Shown: piece after piece, positions 10,502 through 20,475 of the stretch | How positions within the stretch are numbered: the first letter of the stretch is position 1 | How the letters are laid out: every line of letters starts with the position of its first letter | Source: Pseudomonadota bacterium | Lineage (GTDB): Bacteria > Pseudomonadota > Gammaproteobacteria > JAKAQQ01 | Length of the DNA: 64,000 bases | Direction: 5' to 3' | NCBI GenBank assembly: GCA_021810635.1 | Contig: JAJZIH010000003.1 | Coordinates: forward strand, 56,301-120,300 | Program-made: the position numbers and the translations under genes | Notes under the pieces: model-generated | The model's input: only the letters and a program-made list of their open reading frames with translations | Told to the model about the DNA's origin: nothing | The model's database searches: none

Positions 10502-13500
10502 TGCAACGCTACCTCGCATTCCTCTGGGGCAACCGGTTTACGGCACTTCTGCTTCCCGTTCTGGTCTTTGCTGCCGGATTCCTGGTTTACCGCGCGCTGC
10601 CTAAAAGTATTTTCCCGGACGTTGCCTTTCCTAAGGTAGCGGTTTTGGTGCACACGGACAATCTCCCGGTCCGGTTCATGCTCCTGGAGGTGACCCGCCC
10701 GCTGGAGCAGGTGGCCAAGGGGGAACCCGGAGTCCGCCTCGTACGCTCACAAACGGGCAATGGATTGACCAAGCTCCATGTGTACTTTGCACGGGGGACC
10801 AATCCCGAGCTTGCCTACCTCATGCTGCAGGCCCGACTTGCGGCTGTCACATTACCTGCCGGCGCCGTCATCAGTGAGCGCCTCATGATGCCCAATATCT
10901 ATCCGTTGGCGGAATACGGTCTCGTTTCCAACCGCTATAACAGCTCAGCCATGATGCCGACTTTCGCTTTCGAAGTACGGCCGGCACTCCTCGCTTTGCC
11001 GGGCGTCTACGAAGTCAACGATACCGGACGCGGCTGGCCCGAGGTGGATGTCAATCTCCGCGAACGCCGATTAGCGCAATATCACCTCAAGGCATCCACG
11101 GTGACGCGCATCCTGAGGGCAGACCAAGGCCCATTCTTCTCTGGTGTACTCAATATCTTCCACGAGCAATTTCTTTTGGCCACCACGCCGCGACCGGAAA
11201 ACCCAAGAGATCTGGCTGCGTTGAACCTGCCGCTTGGACCACGTGCCGCAGGAAGTTATACCCCTCCCGATGAACTGTCGGGTCCGGAGCCTCTGGTCAG
11301 TACAGCGGGACCCGCCGGTCTGCAACACACCCCCTTGGCTCTCGGGGATCTCGCAACGATCCACATCCGCCCGCCGCCTCTCGTGAGAGAAGCGGCCATC
11401 GCTGGCTGGCACCATGCATTGATCATCGATGTGTCCGCCGATCGGGGCGTGAACGAAGTCGGCGTGGCTCGTGCGACCGCCGCCCGAATTGCCCGCCTGC
11501 GATCCCATCTGCCGTCCGGGATCCACCTCGTACCCATTTACAATCTGAGTCATCTCATTGAATCCAGTCTGCGGGACGTTTGGATGGCGCTGCTGCTTGG
11601 AAGCTGGATCGCCTGGCTTGTGGTGCTGATTTTTTTGGGGCGATGGGATGCAGCGCTGGCGACTCTGACCGTCGTGCCCTTGTCGGTTGCGGGAACACTC
11701 CTCGTTTTGCATGCGTTTGGATTCGGAATCAACATTATGACCCTGGGCGGTATCACGGCTGCGATCGGAGCGCTGGTCGATCATGCCATCGTGGTCATGG
11801 AGCGCGGCCTCCACGGTCCCCGCGAGGGCAGTGCACATGAACGCCGTCAACATGCGTTGCTGCGCGTGGGTGAGATTCTGCCTCTGATGACAATGGCCAC
11901 GATTACATCGTGTGTGATCTTTATCCCGCTGATTTTCCTTTCGGGAACGATCGGCCTGCTGTTCCGCGACATGGCCTTCGCGGTCATCATTGCTCTCATC
12001 ACCTCGCAGATCGTCGCCCTGGTGCTCACGCCCCTGCTGACCCTTTGGATTGCCCAGTGGCCGCGGCGACCCCATCGGCTTCCGGGCGAGCAGGCACTCC
12101 GGCGCGGATACGGCAAGCTCCTCGTCAGTGGCATGCGGAAACCCTGGCTTGCCGTTCCGGTGATTGTGATTCTGGCGGGGGGAGGGTTTTTGGCCATTCT
12201 GAACCTCCCAACGGCCTTTTTGCCTCATTGGGATGAGGGAATTTTTGTCGTCCCATTTCGTACGCCGGTTGGTAACGGCGTTCGAGAAACCACCCGCGTC
12301 GGACGTGATCTCATGGCAGCGGCTTTGCATAATCCCAATGTGAGGCGCGCATCTCTTGTGATCGGACGGGGCTTTGGGAACCGGTATGCCACGCCGAACA
12401 AGGGTGGACTGGTTATCGTACTCAAAAACAATCACCGAGACAGTACGCGGCAGGTGATGGCGCAGTTGCGTCATGTATTCCGCGCGACGGCTCCGGATCT
12501 TACCACTCTTGAGACCATGCAGATCATGATCAACCGTCTGGGGAATCTATCGGGATCTCACGCTCCACTCCAGATCCAGCTCTTTGGATCCAGTTCGCTC
12601 ACACTCAGGGCGGATGGGCGACGCCTCTTTTCGGCCCTGCGCCGGAGTCATGATTTTGAGTCACTCGTTTTCAAATCGCCCTCGGCAGGCCCCGAACTTC
12701 GCGTCACGCCCAAAACACTGGCTGTACTTTATGGACTCACGCCACTGGCGATCGCTCATTCGTTGAAGACCGACTTTTGGGGACGCCGAGCGGGCTTTCT
12801 CACCCGGGGAGAGCAGATCCTGCCGATTCGCGTAAAAGTGATACCGTCCTCGCCGACCGGACCCGGTAACCTGAGTCAGGTGCCGGTACGGCTTCCGGGA
12901 GGTACGTACACGACGCTCGGCAGGGTGGCCCATGTCGGCCTTCAGGGAATCGTTCCCTATATCACTCACCAGAACCTTGTTCCTTATTCATTGATCAAGC
13001 TGAACCCGAAGCCGGGAGAGGGACTGAGCGGGGCTGCCGCCAAGGCACAGACCATCATCCGAGCCATGCATTTCCCTCCGGGCATCAGTCCGGTCATCGG
13101 AGGTTATTACCGTCAACAGAAGAAAAGCTTCGGGCAAATGATTCTGATCCTGGCCGGAGCACTCTTTCTGCTCCTGATCCTCTTGGGATTCCAGTTCAGC
13201 AGTTTCCGTGCGGCCCTCTCCGCCCTTTTTGCAACGGCGCTCGCGGGTACTGGAGCCTTCCTTGCCTTGCTCCTGGCCGGGATCAATCTGGACAGCACGG
13301 CCTTTCTGGGCGTGCTGTTGGTTTTTGCCATTGGCGTCAACAACGTCATCCTGATTTTTGCGCGTGCGCACCAGCTCGGCGGCCCCTCTCCCTCACCCAC
13401 CCATGTGGCCTTGGCGGCGCGTCAGCGCTTGCGGCCCATTCTCATGACCATGCTGGCCGACGTTCTGGGTTTTCTCCCGCTCGCGATCGGTATCGGCCAT

Positions 13501-13662
13501 GGAACTGATCTTCTCAAGCCCCTGGCCGTCGCGGTCATGGGGGGGCTGACCTTGAGTGCCTTGATGTCACTTTGGCTCGCGCCGGTGATTTATACGTTAT
13601 TGCAGAGACTCCCGCGATCCCACAAGAGCGATCTGCGGCCGCCCCTCCCGGATCTGCGCTGA
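10501..13662 (+). CDS. RND efflux permease (AcrB/CusA superfamily)
   Basis: 1053 aa; INIMTLGGITAAIGALVD, RLRPILMT, LKPLAVAVMGGL. Confidence 0.93.
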   Translation: MQRYLAFLWGNRFTALLLPVLVFAAGFLVYRALPKSIFPDVAFPKVAVLVHTDNLPVRFMLLEVTRPLEQVAKGEPGVRLVRSQTGNGLTKLHVYFARGTNPELAYLMLQARLAAVTLPAGAVISERLMMPNIYPLAEYGLVSNRYNSSAMMPTFAFEVRPALLALPGVYEVNDTGRGWPEVDVNLRERRLAQYHLKASTVTRILRADQGPFFSGVLNIFHEQFLLATTPRPENPRDLAALNLPLGPRAAGSYTPPDELSGPEPLVSTAGPAGLQHTPLALGDLATIHIRPPPLVREAAIAGWHHALIIDVSADRGVNEVGVARATAARIARLRSHLPSGIHLVPIYNLSHLIESSLRDVWMALLLGSWIAWLVVLIFLGRWDAALATLTVVPLSVAGTLLVLHAFGFGINIMTLGGITAAIGALVDHAIVVMERGLHGPREGSAHERRQHALLRVGEILPLMTMATITSCVIFIPLIFLSGTIGLLFRDMAFAVIIALITSQIVALVLTPLLTLWIAQWPRRPHRLPGEQALRRGYGKLLVSGMRKPWLAVPVIVILAGGGFLAILNLPTAFLPHWDEGIFVVPFRTPVGNGVRETTRVGRDLMAAALHNPNVRRASLVIGRGFGNRYATPNKGGLVIVLKNNHRDSTRQVMAQLRHVFRATAPDLTTLETMQIMINRLGNLSGSHAPLQIQLFGSSSLTLRADGRRLFSALRRSHDFESLVFKSPSAGPELRVTPKTLAVLYGLTPLAIAHSLKTDFWGRRAGFLTRGEQILPIRVKVIPSSPTGPGNLSQVPVRLPGGTYTTLGRVAHVGLQGIVPYITHQNLVPYSLIKLNPKPGEGLSGAAAKAQTIIRAMHFPPGISPVIGGYYRQQKKSFGQMILILAGALFLLLILLGFQFSSFRAALSALFATALAGTGAFLALLLAGINLDSTAFLGVLLVFAIGVNNVILIFARAHQLGGPSPSPTHVALAARQRLRPILMTMLADVLGFLPLAIGIGHGTDLLKPLAVAVMGGLTLSALMSLWLAPVIYTLLQRLPRSHKSDLRPPLPDLR

Positions 13663-13868
13663 GGCCACGGATGCAAGCACCCACTGGGGGGACGTCCGAG
13701 CCACGGAAGATCCGGATGGGGTCGAAGCGCATCAACCGAGTGCCAACCAGTTTTCCGGCATGAGTCGACCGGTGCCCGGTCCCGGATCTTTTGTTCGAAT
13801 GGAGAAGACGGAAGCCGAAATGGCTATCAGCCAAAACGCCTACCAGGGAGAGAGGGCCGACTTGGAGA

Positions 13869-13895
13869 GAACTTTCCCGTCACTGTGGGGTCTCA
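13869..13895 (+). promoter_or_regulatory. Putative sigmaE (RpoE/AlgU-type) promoter
   Basis: GAACTT-N16-TCTCA, about 40 nt upstream of the opgG-like ATG. Confidence 0.6.
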
Positions 13896-13937
13896 TAATA
13901 ATTGCCGATCGGCAGGTTGACGGGTGAGTAGGACGCC

Positions 13938-15602
13938 ATGACGATCACAACGCCAGCAAAACCTCTGGAATCGAAGCCCGTACGAGAGAGAGCAGAAACA
14001 CAAACGGTTCCAAGGCGGCGTTTCATCCGGTACCGCTTGCTCATTCCTTCGGCCGGATCAGTGGGAATCGTCCTGGCAATGATTCCTGCGGCCCACGGGT
14101 TGGGATGTTTCTCGTTTTCCACGATTGTCCGTCAGGCGCGCACGCTGGCTGCAAGACCCTACAAGGTGCCCGGATCGATACCTGGTTTTCTCAAGCACCT
14201 GACCTACAGCGAGTACCAGGCAATCCGCTTCAATCCGGCCAGAAGCCTCTGGCGCCGGAGTGGCTCCAAGTTCGAGGTGCAACTCGTGCCGCCCGGGCTG
14301 TATTACACGACGCCCGTTGCGCTTTTCGTTGTATCGCATTGCGCCAGTCATCCGCTTCGTTTTCAGCGCTCGGATTTCACTTATCCTTCGGCAGCGCTTC
14401 AAAAACGGATCCCGCAAGGATTGGGCTATGCGGGTTTTAAATTAACCTACCCCTTGGTCGGCCGGGATCTGCATAACCAATTTCTGGTATTCGCGGGTGC
14501 AAGTTATTTTCGTGCAGTGGGCCGCCCCAATAATTTTGGCCTTTCAGCTCGTGGAATTGCGGTCAACACAGCCTTTCCACCGCACGAGATATTTCCGGTG
14601 TTCCAGAAGTTTTGGTTGGTCAGACCCAACCGGGATGCCCGGCAGATGGTGGTCTACGCCTTGCTCAATGGATCCAGCCTCACCGGTGCCTATCGTTTCA
14701 TCATCCGGCCAGGGCAGGTGACCCGGATCAAAATGCAGGTCCGGCTTTTTTTCCGCGATACCCCGCGGGTGCTGGGTATTGCGCCTTTGACCAGCATGTT
14801 CTTTTATGGCGCGGGAACGCCACGCCCGATGGGAGAATGGCGTCCGGCCGTTCATGACTCGGATGGATTGCAGATCGTAAACGGCGACGGGGAGTGGCTG
14901 TGGAGACCTTTGATCGACCCACCGAGATTCCAGGTGACCAGTTTTGCGCTGGACAATCCACGGGGTTTTGGTTTGGTCCAGCGTAACCAGAGATTTTCGA
15001 ATTACGAGGACCTTGGAGCGCGCTACGATACGCGTCCGAGTGCATGGGTCGTTCCACGGGGACATTGGGGCCGCGGCCACGTGGAGCTGGTCGAGATTCC
15101 AACGGATTCGGAGACAGTCGATAACATCGTGGCTTACTGGGTGCCCGGCCAGCGGATCCAGCCTGGCCGGGAGTACCGGTACGCGTATACGCTGCTGTTT
15201 GGCCGGGCGAATGTCGCGCGGCCGCCCGGGGGACGTGTGATCCACACGTTCGTGGGTGCGGGACGCAATCCCGGCATGCCCTGCTCTGCGGGGCGGCATA
15301 GGTTGCGTTTTGTCGTGGATTTTACGGTTCCAAAGGCATTCTGGAATGCTCCGGTGCGGGGCATTGTGAGCACGCAGGCGCCCGCGCGCGTCTCGAACGT
15401 GACCGTCATACCTGCGCGGCGGATCGGTCAGACACATCTTTCCTTTGACCGACTTTCTTTTCTGGTGTTTGCCCCTGCGCGAAAGGCCCTCGAGTTGCGG
15501 GCGTTTCTGCGTGACAAGGGCAACGCCCTCACTGAAACCTGGAGCGACATGCTGCCGGCCGACGAAGTCTCCGCCCTTACGCAGTCACCGGGTTGTCCCT
15601 AA
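13938..15602 (+). CDS. opgG: Glucan biosynthesis protein OpgG/OpgD (MdoG family)
   Basis: YQAIRF, FAGASYFRAVG, FGLSARG.A, GIAPLTSMF, RPAVHDSDGL, GEWLWRPL, DNIVAYW. Confidence 0.92.
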   Translation: MTITTPAKPLESKPVRERAETQTVPRRRFIRYRLLIPSAGSVGIVLAMIPAAHGLGCFSFSTIVRQARTLAARPYKVPGSIPGFLKHLTYSEYQAIRFNPARSLWRRSGSKFEVQLVPPGLYYTTPVALFVVSHCASHPLRFQRSDFTYPSAALQKRIPQGLGYAGFKLTYPLVGRDLHNQFLVFAGASYFRAVGRPNNFGLSARGIAVNTAFPPHEIFPVFQKFWLVRPNRDARQMVVYALLNGSSLTGAYRFIIRPGQVTRIKMQVRLFFRDTPRVLGIAPLTSMFFYGAGTPRPMGEWRPAVHDSDGLQIVNGDGEWLWRPLIDPPRFQVTSFALDNPRGFGLVQRNQRFSNYEDLGARYDTRPSAWVVPRGHWGRGHVELVEIPTDSETVDNIVAYWVPGQRIQPGREYRYAYTLLFGRANVARPPGGRVIHTFVGAGRNPGMPCSAGRHRLRFVVDFTVPKAFWNAPVRGIVSTQAPARVSNVTVIPARRIGQTHLSFDRLSFLVFAPARKALELRAFLRDKGNALTETWSDMLPADEVSALTQSPGCP

Positions 15603-15622
15603 AATACAGCTGACCCTCGGGA

Positions 15623-17455
15623 TCAGCGAGGGATCTGGTAAGTCCAGACCTCGGTCAGGGGTTTGTTGCGATAGTGGATCCAGGCTTGAAAGGTGAGTCC
15701 TGGACGGTTTGGGGCGGTGAATCGCAGCCGCCAGCGTGCCGTCCCCGTCAGCTTGGCCAGCGAAACATTGCGCACGCTGCCCCGACCGTGAACCATAACG
15801 GTCGGTTGCAGGCCGATCCAGGCTGGAATCCTCTTGAGACGTTCACTCCGAAAGTAGACGGTGAAGGTACGGAAGCCGTGTGCGGATTGTACTTCACGTG
15901 TGGCGGTCACTCGCCCGAGTGCAGCGGGAGTGCGGCGCCCCTCGTCCCAGCGGATCGTGTATCGCAGCATGAGAGGGTGCCCTGGCGATGGCGGTCTCGA
16001 AGGGATCCAGAAGGCCATGATATTGTCGTTGATGGGCCGGTTGGTCGGAATCTCGACGAGCGCCAACTGGCCGGCGCCCCAGGTACCGTCGGGCTGCACC
16101 CAGACGCTCGGAGATTCCTGGTAGTGGGCGACCAGAGACTGGTAGGCATTGAAGTGTCGGTCACGCTGCATGAGCCCGAATCCTTGCGGGTCGGAGAGGG
16201 GAAACATCCGGATATTGAGATGTTTTGGGTCGACGAGCGGCGACCAGACCCAGCGTCCGGATGCCGTTTCAAAGGAGAGCCCATCGGAATCATGGACCGC
16301 AGGATGCAGCGTGGGCTGGCGGAGTGGATCCATGCGACCGCGCAAAAACATGCTGACCAGAGGTGCAATACCCAGTCGGCGGACCGGATGACGCAGAAAA
16401 AGCGCGGCAGCAACCTGGATCGACGTTGTGACACCTGGGGTCACACGAAATCGGTAGGCTCCCGTGACGCTCGATCCGTCGAGCAGGGCAAACAGGGTCA
16501 AGGTCGGATCGCCGCGGGCGGGAACCACGATCCAGAACGACCGAAAGGCCGGAAATTCCCCAGGCTGGTTGGGTACCGCGGTATCGATGGCGAGACTGCG
16601 GGCTAACGGCCCCCACCATTGGTCACGGCCTATGGCGCGAAAGTACCCCCCCCCGAGAAACGACAGAAACGCATAGGTCTGGCGGTTCCGGGAACTATGG
16701 TCGACTACTTCGAATCCTGCGGCGCCGATTCGGGATGGCAGTTCCCGGGCCAGCGGGGGGGGGATTCTGAAATCTCCAGGCGTGAAGGTGAGTGGCACAA
16801 TCCTCTTTTCTTCAACGAGATGCATCCCGGCCGTGCGATCGAAGAGAAAGCCGGCTGGCTTGAAGCGGATCGAGAGGCGTGCGTTGGGCGACCAAAGCGG
16901 CAGTGGGCCTTGGAAGGACAGTAATTGGTACAGCGGTCGGCGAATATGACGCAATGCGGGAGGTGCGGACGGAGGAGGATTGTAAGGTTCCTGGGCCAGT
17001 TTCCGAGCTTGAGCTATGAGGCGGGTAAACAACCACCGATACTGTCCCCCCTCCCGAGAGGCCAGTGTTGGATGGACGCTTCGCGTCAGGCTGGCCAGGA
17101 GGTTTTCCTCGGTCTGCCGGGATTGGCGTATGGCCGTTTGGGCTTCTGCGCCCGCGGTTTGGGTCGCAGCGGCCAATTTGGCCTCTTCCGCTCCGAGATG
17201 GGCGGTCTTGGAGGCGAGCTGGGTACTCCGGGTTTGCAGGGTTTGCAGTTGGTGCTCAAGCTTCGCATTGCGGGTTTCGGTTTGTGCGACGCGTGCATTG
17301 GTGGCCTGAAGTGCCACCCGGATTTCATGGACGGAGGATAGGGAGGCGCAGCTCGCGAGCCAGATCGGCGTTGAGAGGAGTACGAATCCGATCCCGGCAC
17401 GGAACCCTCCAGCGACCCGGCAACATGTGGCTGATAAAGTATGATCATGCGTCAT
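15623..17455 (-). CDS. OpgG/OpgD-family protein with N-terminal lipoprotein signal and coiled coil
   Basis: MdoG core (FLGGGYFRAIG, GIAPLVSMF, HPAVHDSDGL, NDNIMAFW) preceded by WLASC lipobox and an Ala/Gln-rich heptad region; start inferred at ATG 17455. Confidence 0.85.
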   Translation of the reverse strand: MTHDHTLSATCCRVAGGFRAGIGFVLLSTPIWLASCASLSSVHEIRVALQATNARVAQTETRNAKLEHQLQTLQTRSTQLASKTAHLGAEEAKLAAATQTAGAEAQTAIRQSRQTEENLLASLTRSVHPTLASREGGQYRWLFTRLIAQARKLAQEPYNPPPSAPPALRHIRRPLYQLLSFQGPLPLWSPNARLSIRFKPAGFLFDRTAGMHLVEEKRIVPLTFTPGDFRIPPPLARELPSRIGAAGFEVVDHSSRNRQTYAFLSFLGGGYFRAIGRDQWWGPLARSLAIDTAVPNQPGEFPAFRSFWIVVPARGDPTLTLFALLDGSSVTGAYRFRVTPGVTTSIQVAAALFLRHPVRRLGIAPLVSMFLRGRMDPLRQPTLHPAVHDSDGLSFETASGRWVWSPLVDPKHLNIRMFPLSDPQGFGLMQRDRHFNAYQSLVAHYQESPSVWVQPDGTWGAGQLALVEIPTNRPINDNIMAFWIPSRPPSPGHPLMLRYTIRWDEGRRTPAALGRVTATREVQSAHGFRTFTVYFRSERLKRIPAWIGLQPTVMVHGRGSVRNVSLAKLTGTARWRLRFTAPNRPGLTFQAWIHYRNKPLTEVWTYQIPR

Positions 17456-19502
17456 ATAAGTTCCATGCAAGCGCTTGATTTTCCGGCAAGGCCCAGATGC
17501 GTTCATGCAGTTCGGAAATCAACTGCCGGTCGTTGAGCACCGCAAACTGCTCGCTTGGGTTCAGGGCATGGGGGCCACGGGCCAAAAGTCTCGCGCTATA
17601 GAGCGCCCTGGTGAGATTGACTTCCTCATTATAATGGCGCGCCACGGGAGAGAGGCGAGCGAGTGCTACGGCATTGACGTACGGGTCCGTGAGTGCAGCG
17701 CTGAATCCCGGACGGGCGCGTGCCCCCGCCGTGGAACGTTCGCGCAAAGCCTGCCCCAGCGCCTGAATCTCCTCGGGTGGCTGGCATTCTTCGGGCGTCA
17801 GGAACAGATGGGCATTCCGGGCCCGCTGCCCCACACGGGTGCTACTCGAGAGAAACGTGATCGGCGTGATCAGGATCAACGCCAAAACGATCGGCAGGAG
17901 CCAGGCGAGATAGGATGGATCCAGAGCATAGATCAGACTGGACCATACGATGGCGACGAGCATGCCCCAAAAGTGCACCCGGGCGGTTTGGATCCAAGAG
18001 CGGGTGTCGGCGCTCCGCCGCTGTCTGCCCCACATCACCCGGTGCCCTAGGAGAGAAGAGAGAACAAACCAGCTGTGGAACAGCATTCGGACCGGGGCGA
18101 GCAGCATCGAGTAGACAATTTCGATGACCACGCTGATCGATAGATGCACCCAGCCGCCAAAAAGGGCGGTCTGCCGCTGGAGGATCACCAGCGCGAGACC
18201 CAGGAACTTGGGGAGGAACAGAATGATGGCACTCACAACCAGTAGCAGAATCGCGAGATTCTCATGCCAGACAGGCCAAACTGGGAACAAGCTGTGCCCG
18301 TGGGGGAAATAGTTGGGAGGGATGAGCGCATGCCAAGCGATGACCGCGGTACCGAGTAACAGGTAAAGCAGCCAAAAGATCGAAGCAACGTAGGACATGG
18401 CGCCGTTGACGAACATCAGCCGATGGGTGCCGAGCAGTCCCTTGGCGAAAAGCAGGCGTAGATGCTGCAGGTTTCCGAAGCACCAGCGGCGATCCCGTAT
18501 GAGTTCATCGTGGAGCGTGGGTGGAGTTTCCTCCCAACTCCCGGCAAGCTCTGGTACCAGCCAAACCGCCCATCCGGCACGCCGCATCAGCGCGGCTTCC
18601 ACGAAATCGTGACTGAGAATGTCTCCCGAGAGCAGCGCCCGGCCTCGCAGGCGCGGAAGCTGACAGTGCTCGACGAATGGCGACACGCGAATAATGGCGT
18701 TATGCCCCCAGTAATAGCTGTCACCCAGTTGCCAGAACGACAGTCCGGCCGCATACATCTTGCCGTAGAGCCGATTGGTAAATTGTTGAATGCGTCCAAA
18801 CAAGGTCTGCTGCAGGATCACGCCCGGAACGCTTTGCATAATTCCAACCTTTGGATTTGCCTGCATGAGCCCCACCATGCGCGTGAGGCAGCCAGCGGAC
18901 ATCAGGCTGTCAGCATCCAGGACGATCATGTAATCGTAACGATGACCCCAGCGTTTCAGAAAATCCGCAATGTTTCCGGTTTTACGTTTGATGTTAGAGC
19001 GTCGCCGACGATAGTGGATACGCCCGAAAGCCGACAGTGCACGGCAGGCCTCCGCCCAAGCCCATTGTTCGCGGACGTACGCGTTGGGGTCGTCACTGTC
19101 TGAAAGGATGTAAAACTCGAATCCATCGAGTTTTTCTGTGCGTTCGAGGTCCCGGAACATGACCTCGACTGCAGCCATGATACGTTCGGGGGATTCCTTG
19201 TAAATCGGAAAGATCAGCGCTGTTTTTGCGAGCGGCTGCTGGGTGGGTTCCTCGATGAGTGGCGTTGCGTAACGTTGTCTCAACAGGACCACAAAACCGA
19301 ATACCGCTGTCCAGAATCCGATTGCGATCCAAGCGGTCAGGATCCCGAAAACCAATACCGTGGCGTCGTCCAGCCACGGATTTCCGGGCGAAGGCAACGC
19401 TCCAGCCATGTAGGAACTGGCCAGAAAAGCCGGCAAGAACACTAAAATGCCGAGCGCAGTGCGCCGTCGCCACGCCTTTTGATGCCAGTCAGAAAACCGC
19501 AT
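17445..19502 (-). CDS. opgH: Glucan biosynthesis glucosyltransferase OpgH (MdoH), GT2
   Basis: ILSDSDD, RKTGNIADF, VLDADSLM, YWGHNAIIR, ILSHDFVEAALMRRAGW, RDRRWC.GNLQH. Confidence 0.96.
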   Translation of the reverse strand: MRFSDWHQKAWRRRTALGILVFLPAFLASSYMAGALPSPGNPWLDDATVLVFGILTAWIAIGFWTAVFGFVVLLRQRYATPLIEEPTQQPLAKTALIFPIYKESPERIMAAVEVMFRDLERTEKLDGFEFYILSDSDDPNAYVREQWAWAEACRALSAFGRIHYRRRRSNIKRKTGNIADFLKRWGHRYDYMIVLDADSLMSAGCLTRMVGLMQANPKVGIMQSVPGVILQQTLFGRIQQFTNRLYGKMYAAGLSFWQLGDSYYWGHNAIIRVSPFVEHCQLPRLRGRALLSGDILSHDFVEAALMRRAGWAVWLVPELAGSWEETPPTLHDELIRDRRWCFGNLQHLRLLFAKGLLGTHRLMFVNGAMSYVASIFWLLYLLLGTAVIAWHALIPPNYFPHGHSLFPVWPVWHENLAILLLVVSAIILFLPKFLGLALVILQRQTALFGGWVHLSISVVIEIVYSMLLAPVRMLFHSWFVLSSLLGHRVMWGRQRRSADTRSWIQTARVHFWGMLVAIVWSSLIYALDPSYLAWLLPIVLALILITPITFLSSSTRVGQRARNAHLFLTPEECQPPEEIQALGQALRERSTAGARARPGFSAALTDPYVNAVALARLSPVARHYNEEVNLTRALYSARLLARGPHALNPSEQFAVLNDRQLISELHERIWALPENQALAWNLYDA

Positions 19503-19516
19503 CGTTGGAGACTCCC

Positions 19517-19810
19517 TTAGGGCGACCGGGAATCACGTCCCAGCGGAGCCGGGATCAGTGGTTGTCTGTTCAGCGGCGGGTTTTTGAAGTCTTCCTCCTG
19601 CGCATGAAAATACGTGATCAGACGATATCGGACAAAGTCACCTGCCGTTTCCGCGGCCAACGCTTGCCGGAGCCCGGCTAACAAGGCTTCAAGGGTTGTT
19701 TGAGCCTCGTGCAAAAGAGGGGAGCCGCCATTCGGCGCAGAAAGATTCAGTCGGTGTCTATAGGCGCGCCATCGGGATTCGATGGCGGGATCCAGTCCTA
19801 GATGGTTCAT
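19517..19810 (-). CDS. Small protein, possibly the separately encoded N-terminal domain of OpgH
   Basis: 97 aa directly upstream of opgH; C-terminal PPLNRQPLIPAPL resembles the P..R.SM.P.PW segment of long OpgH N-termini. Confidence 0.55.
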   Translation of the reverse strand: MNHLGLDPAIESRWRAYRHRLNLSAPNGGSPLLHEAQTTLEALLAGLRQALAAETAGDFVRYRLITYFHAQEEDFKNPPLNRQPLIPAPLGRDSRSP

Positions 19811-20105
19811 GGATAAAGGGGCGCACCAATGGGATGGGACGATAGTTTAAGCGATGAACGGCCCTCCTTCACTTTGCTACTGATGGAAGGGCTGCTCCGG
19901 GCGTGTTCTGCATCATATTACGGGGGGCGGTCAATAGTGCGGAGGTTAGGCGGCGGTATAGCGCACGTGTTTTCCCTGGAAGAAGCGACGCACGATGTGT
20001 GGCTGATGTTGGCGGCGACGCAGGTGAGCGCGCACGTAGGCACCAGTTCGGCGCGGGTGCGGGAGAAGATTCGCATCGTGCGAGTTTCGCTGAACAAAAC
20101 TGCCG

Positions 20106-20297
20106 ATGCATTTGGTGTTGAAGACGCTGCTGAACCGCGTGGAGTGACTGAAGGGGTTCGTCTATGAGTCGAGCCGACTGATCGAGGGGCATGTGCCGCA
20201 GATCAAGATCCAACTGTGGGCCCGAAAGCGCCCCCAGAGCGCCTGCTTGCATTCGACAGCTGTGCTGGCGTACGACCGGCGTGCACCCGCTCAATAA
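20106..20297 (+). pseudogene. ISL3-family transposase N-terminal remnant
   Basis: Manual translation MHLVLKTLLNRVE*LKGFVYESSRLIEG...AYDR, like ISL3 N-termini (LKT.LNRV...FVY...YDR); internal stop. Confidence 0.65.
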
Positions 20298-20445
20298 TCG
20301 GTTTGCGAAATTCCGGCGTCTATTGAACCGCAAATGTTGGCCTCGATTTTGACTTGGACCGGTTCATAAAAAACCCTCTGATTGTGCGCTATGAACTGTC
20401 CATCCAATCGGGGGAAGTCCAGCGTCGTGTGATACAACCTTGCTG

Positions 20446-20475
20446 GTAGTTGCCCCGCACATGCGGGGATGAAAG
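20446..20475 (+). repeat. Solitary CRISPR-like repeat unit (type I-E/IV-like hairpin); not an array
   Basis: GTAGTTGCCCCGCACATGCGGGGATGAAAG, with inverted repeat CCCCGCA/TGCGGGG; no second copy seen in the window. Confidence 0.55.
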
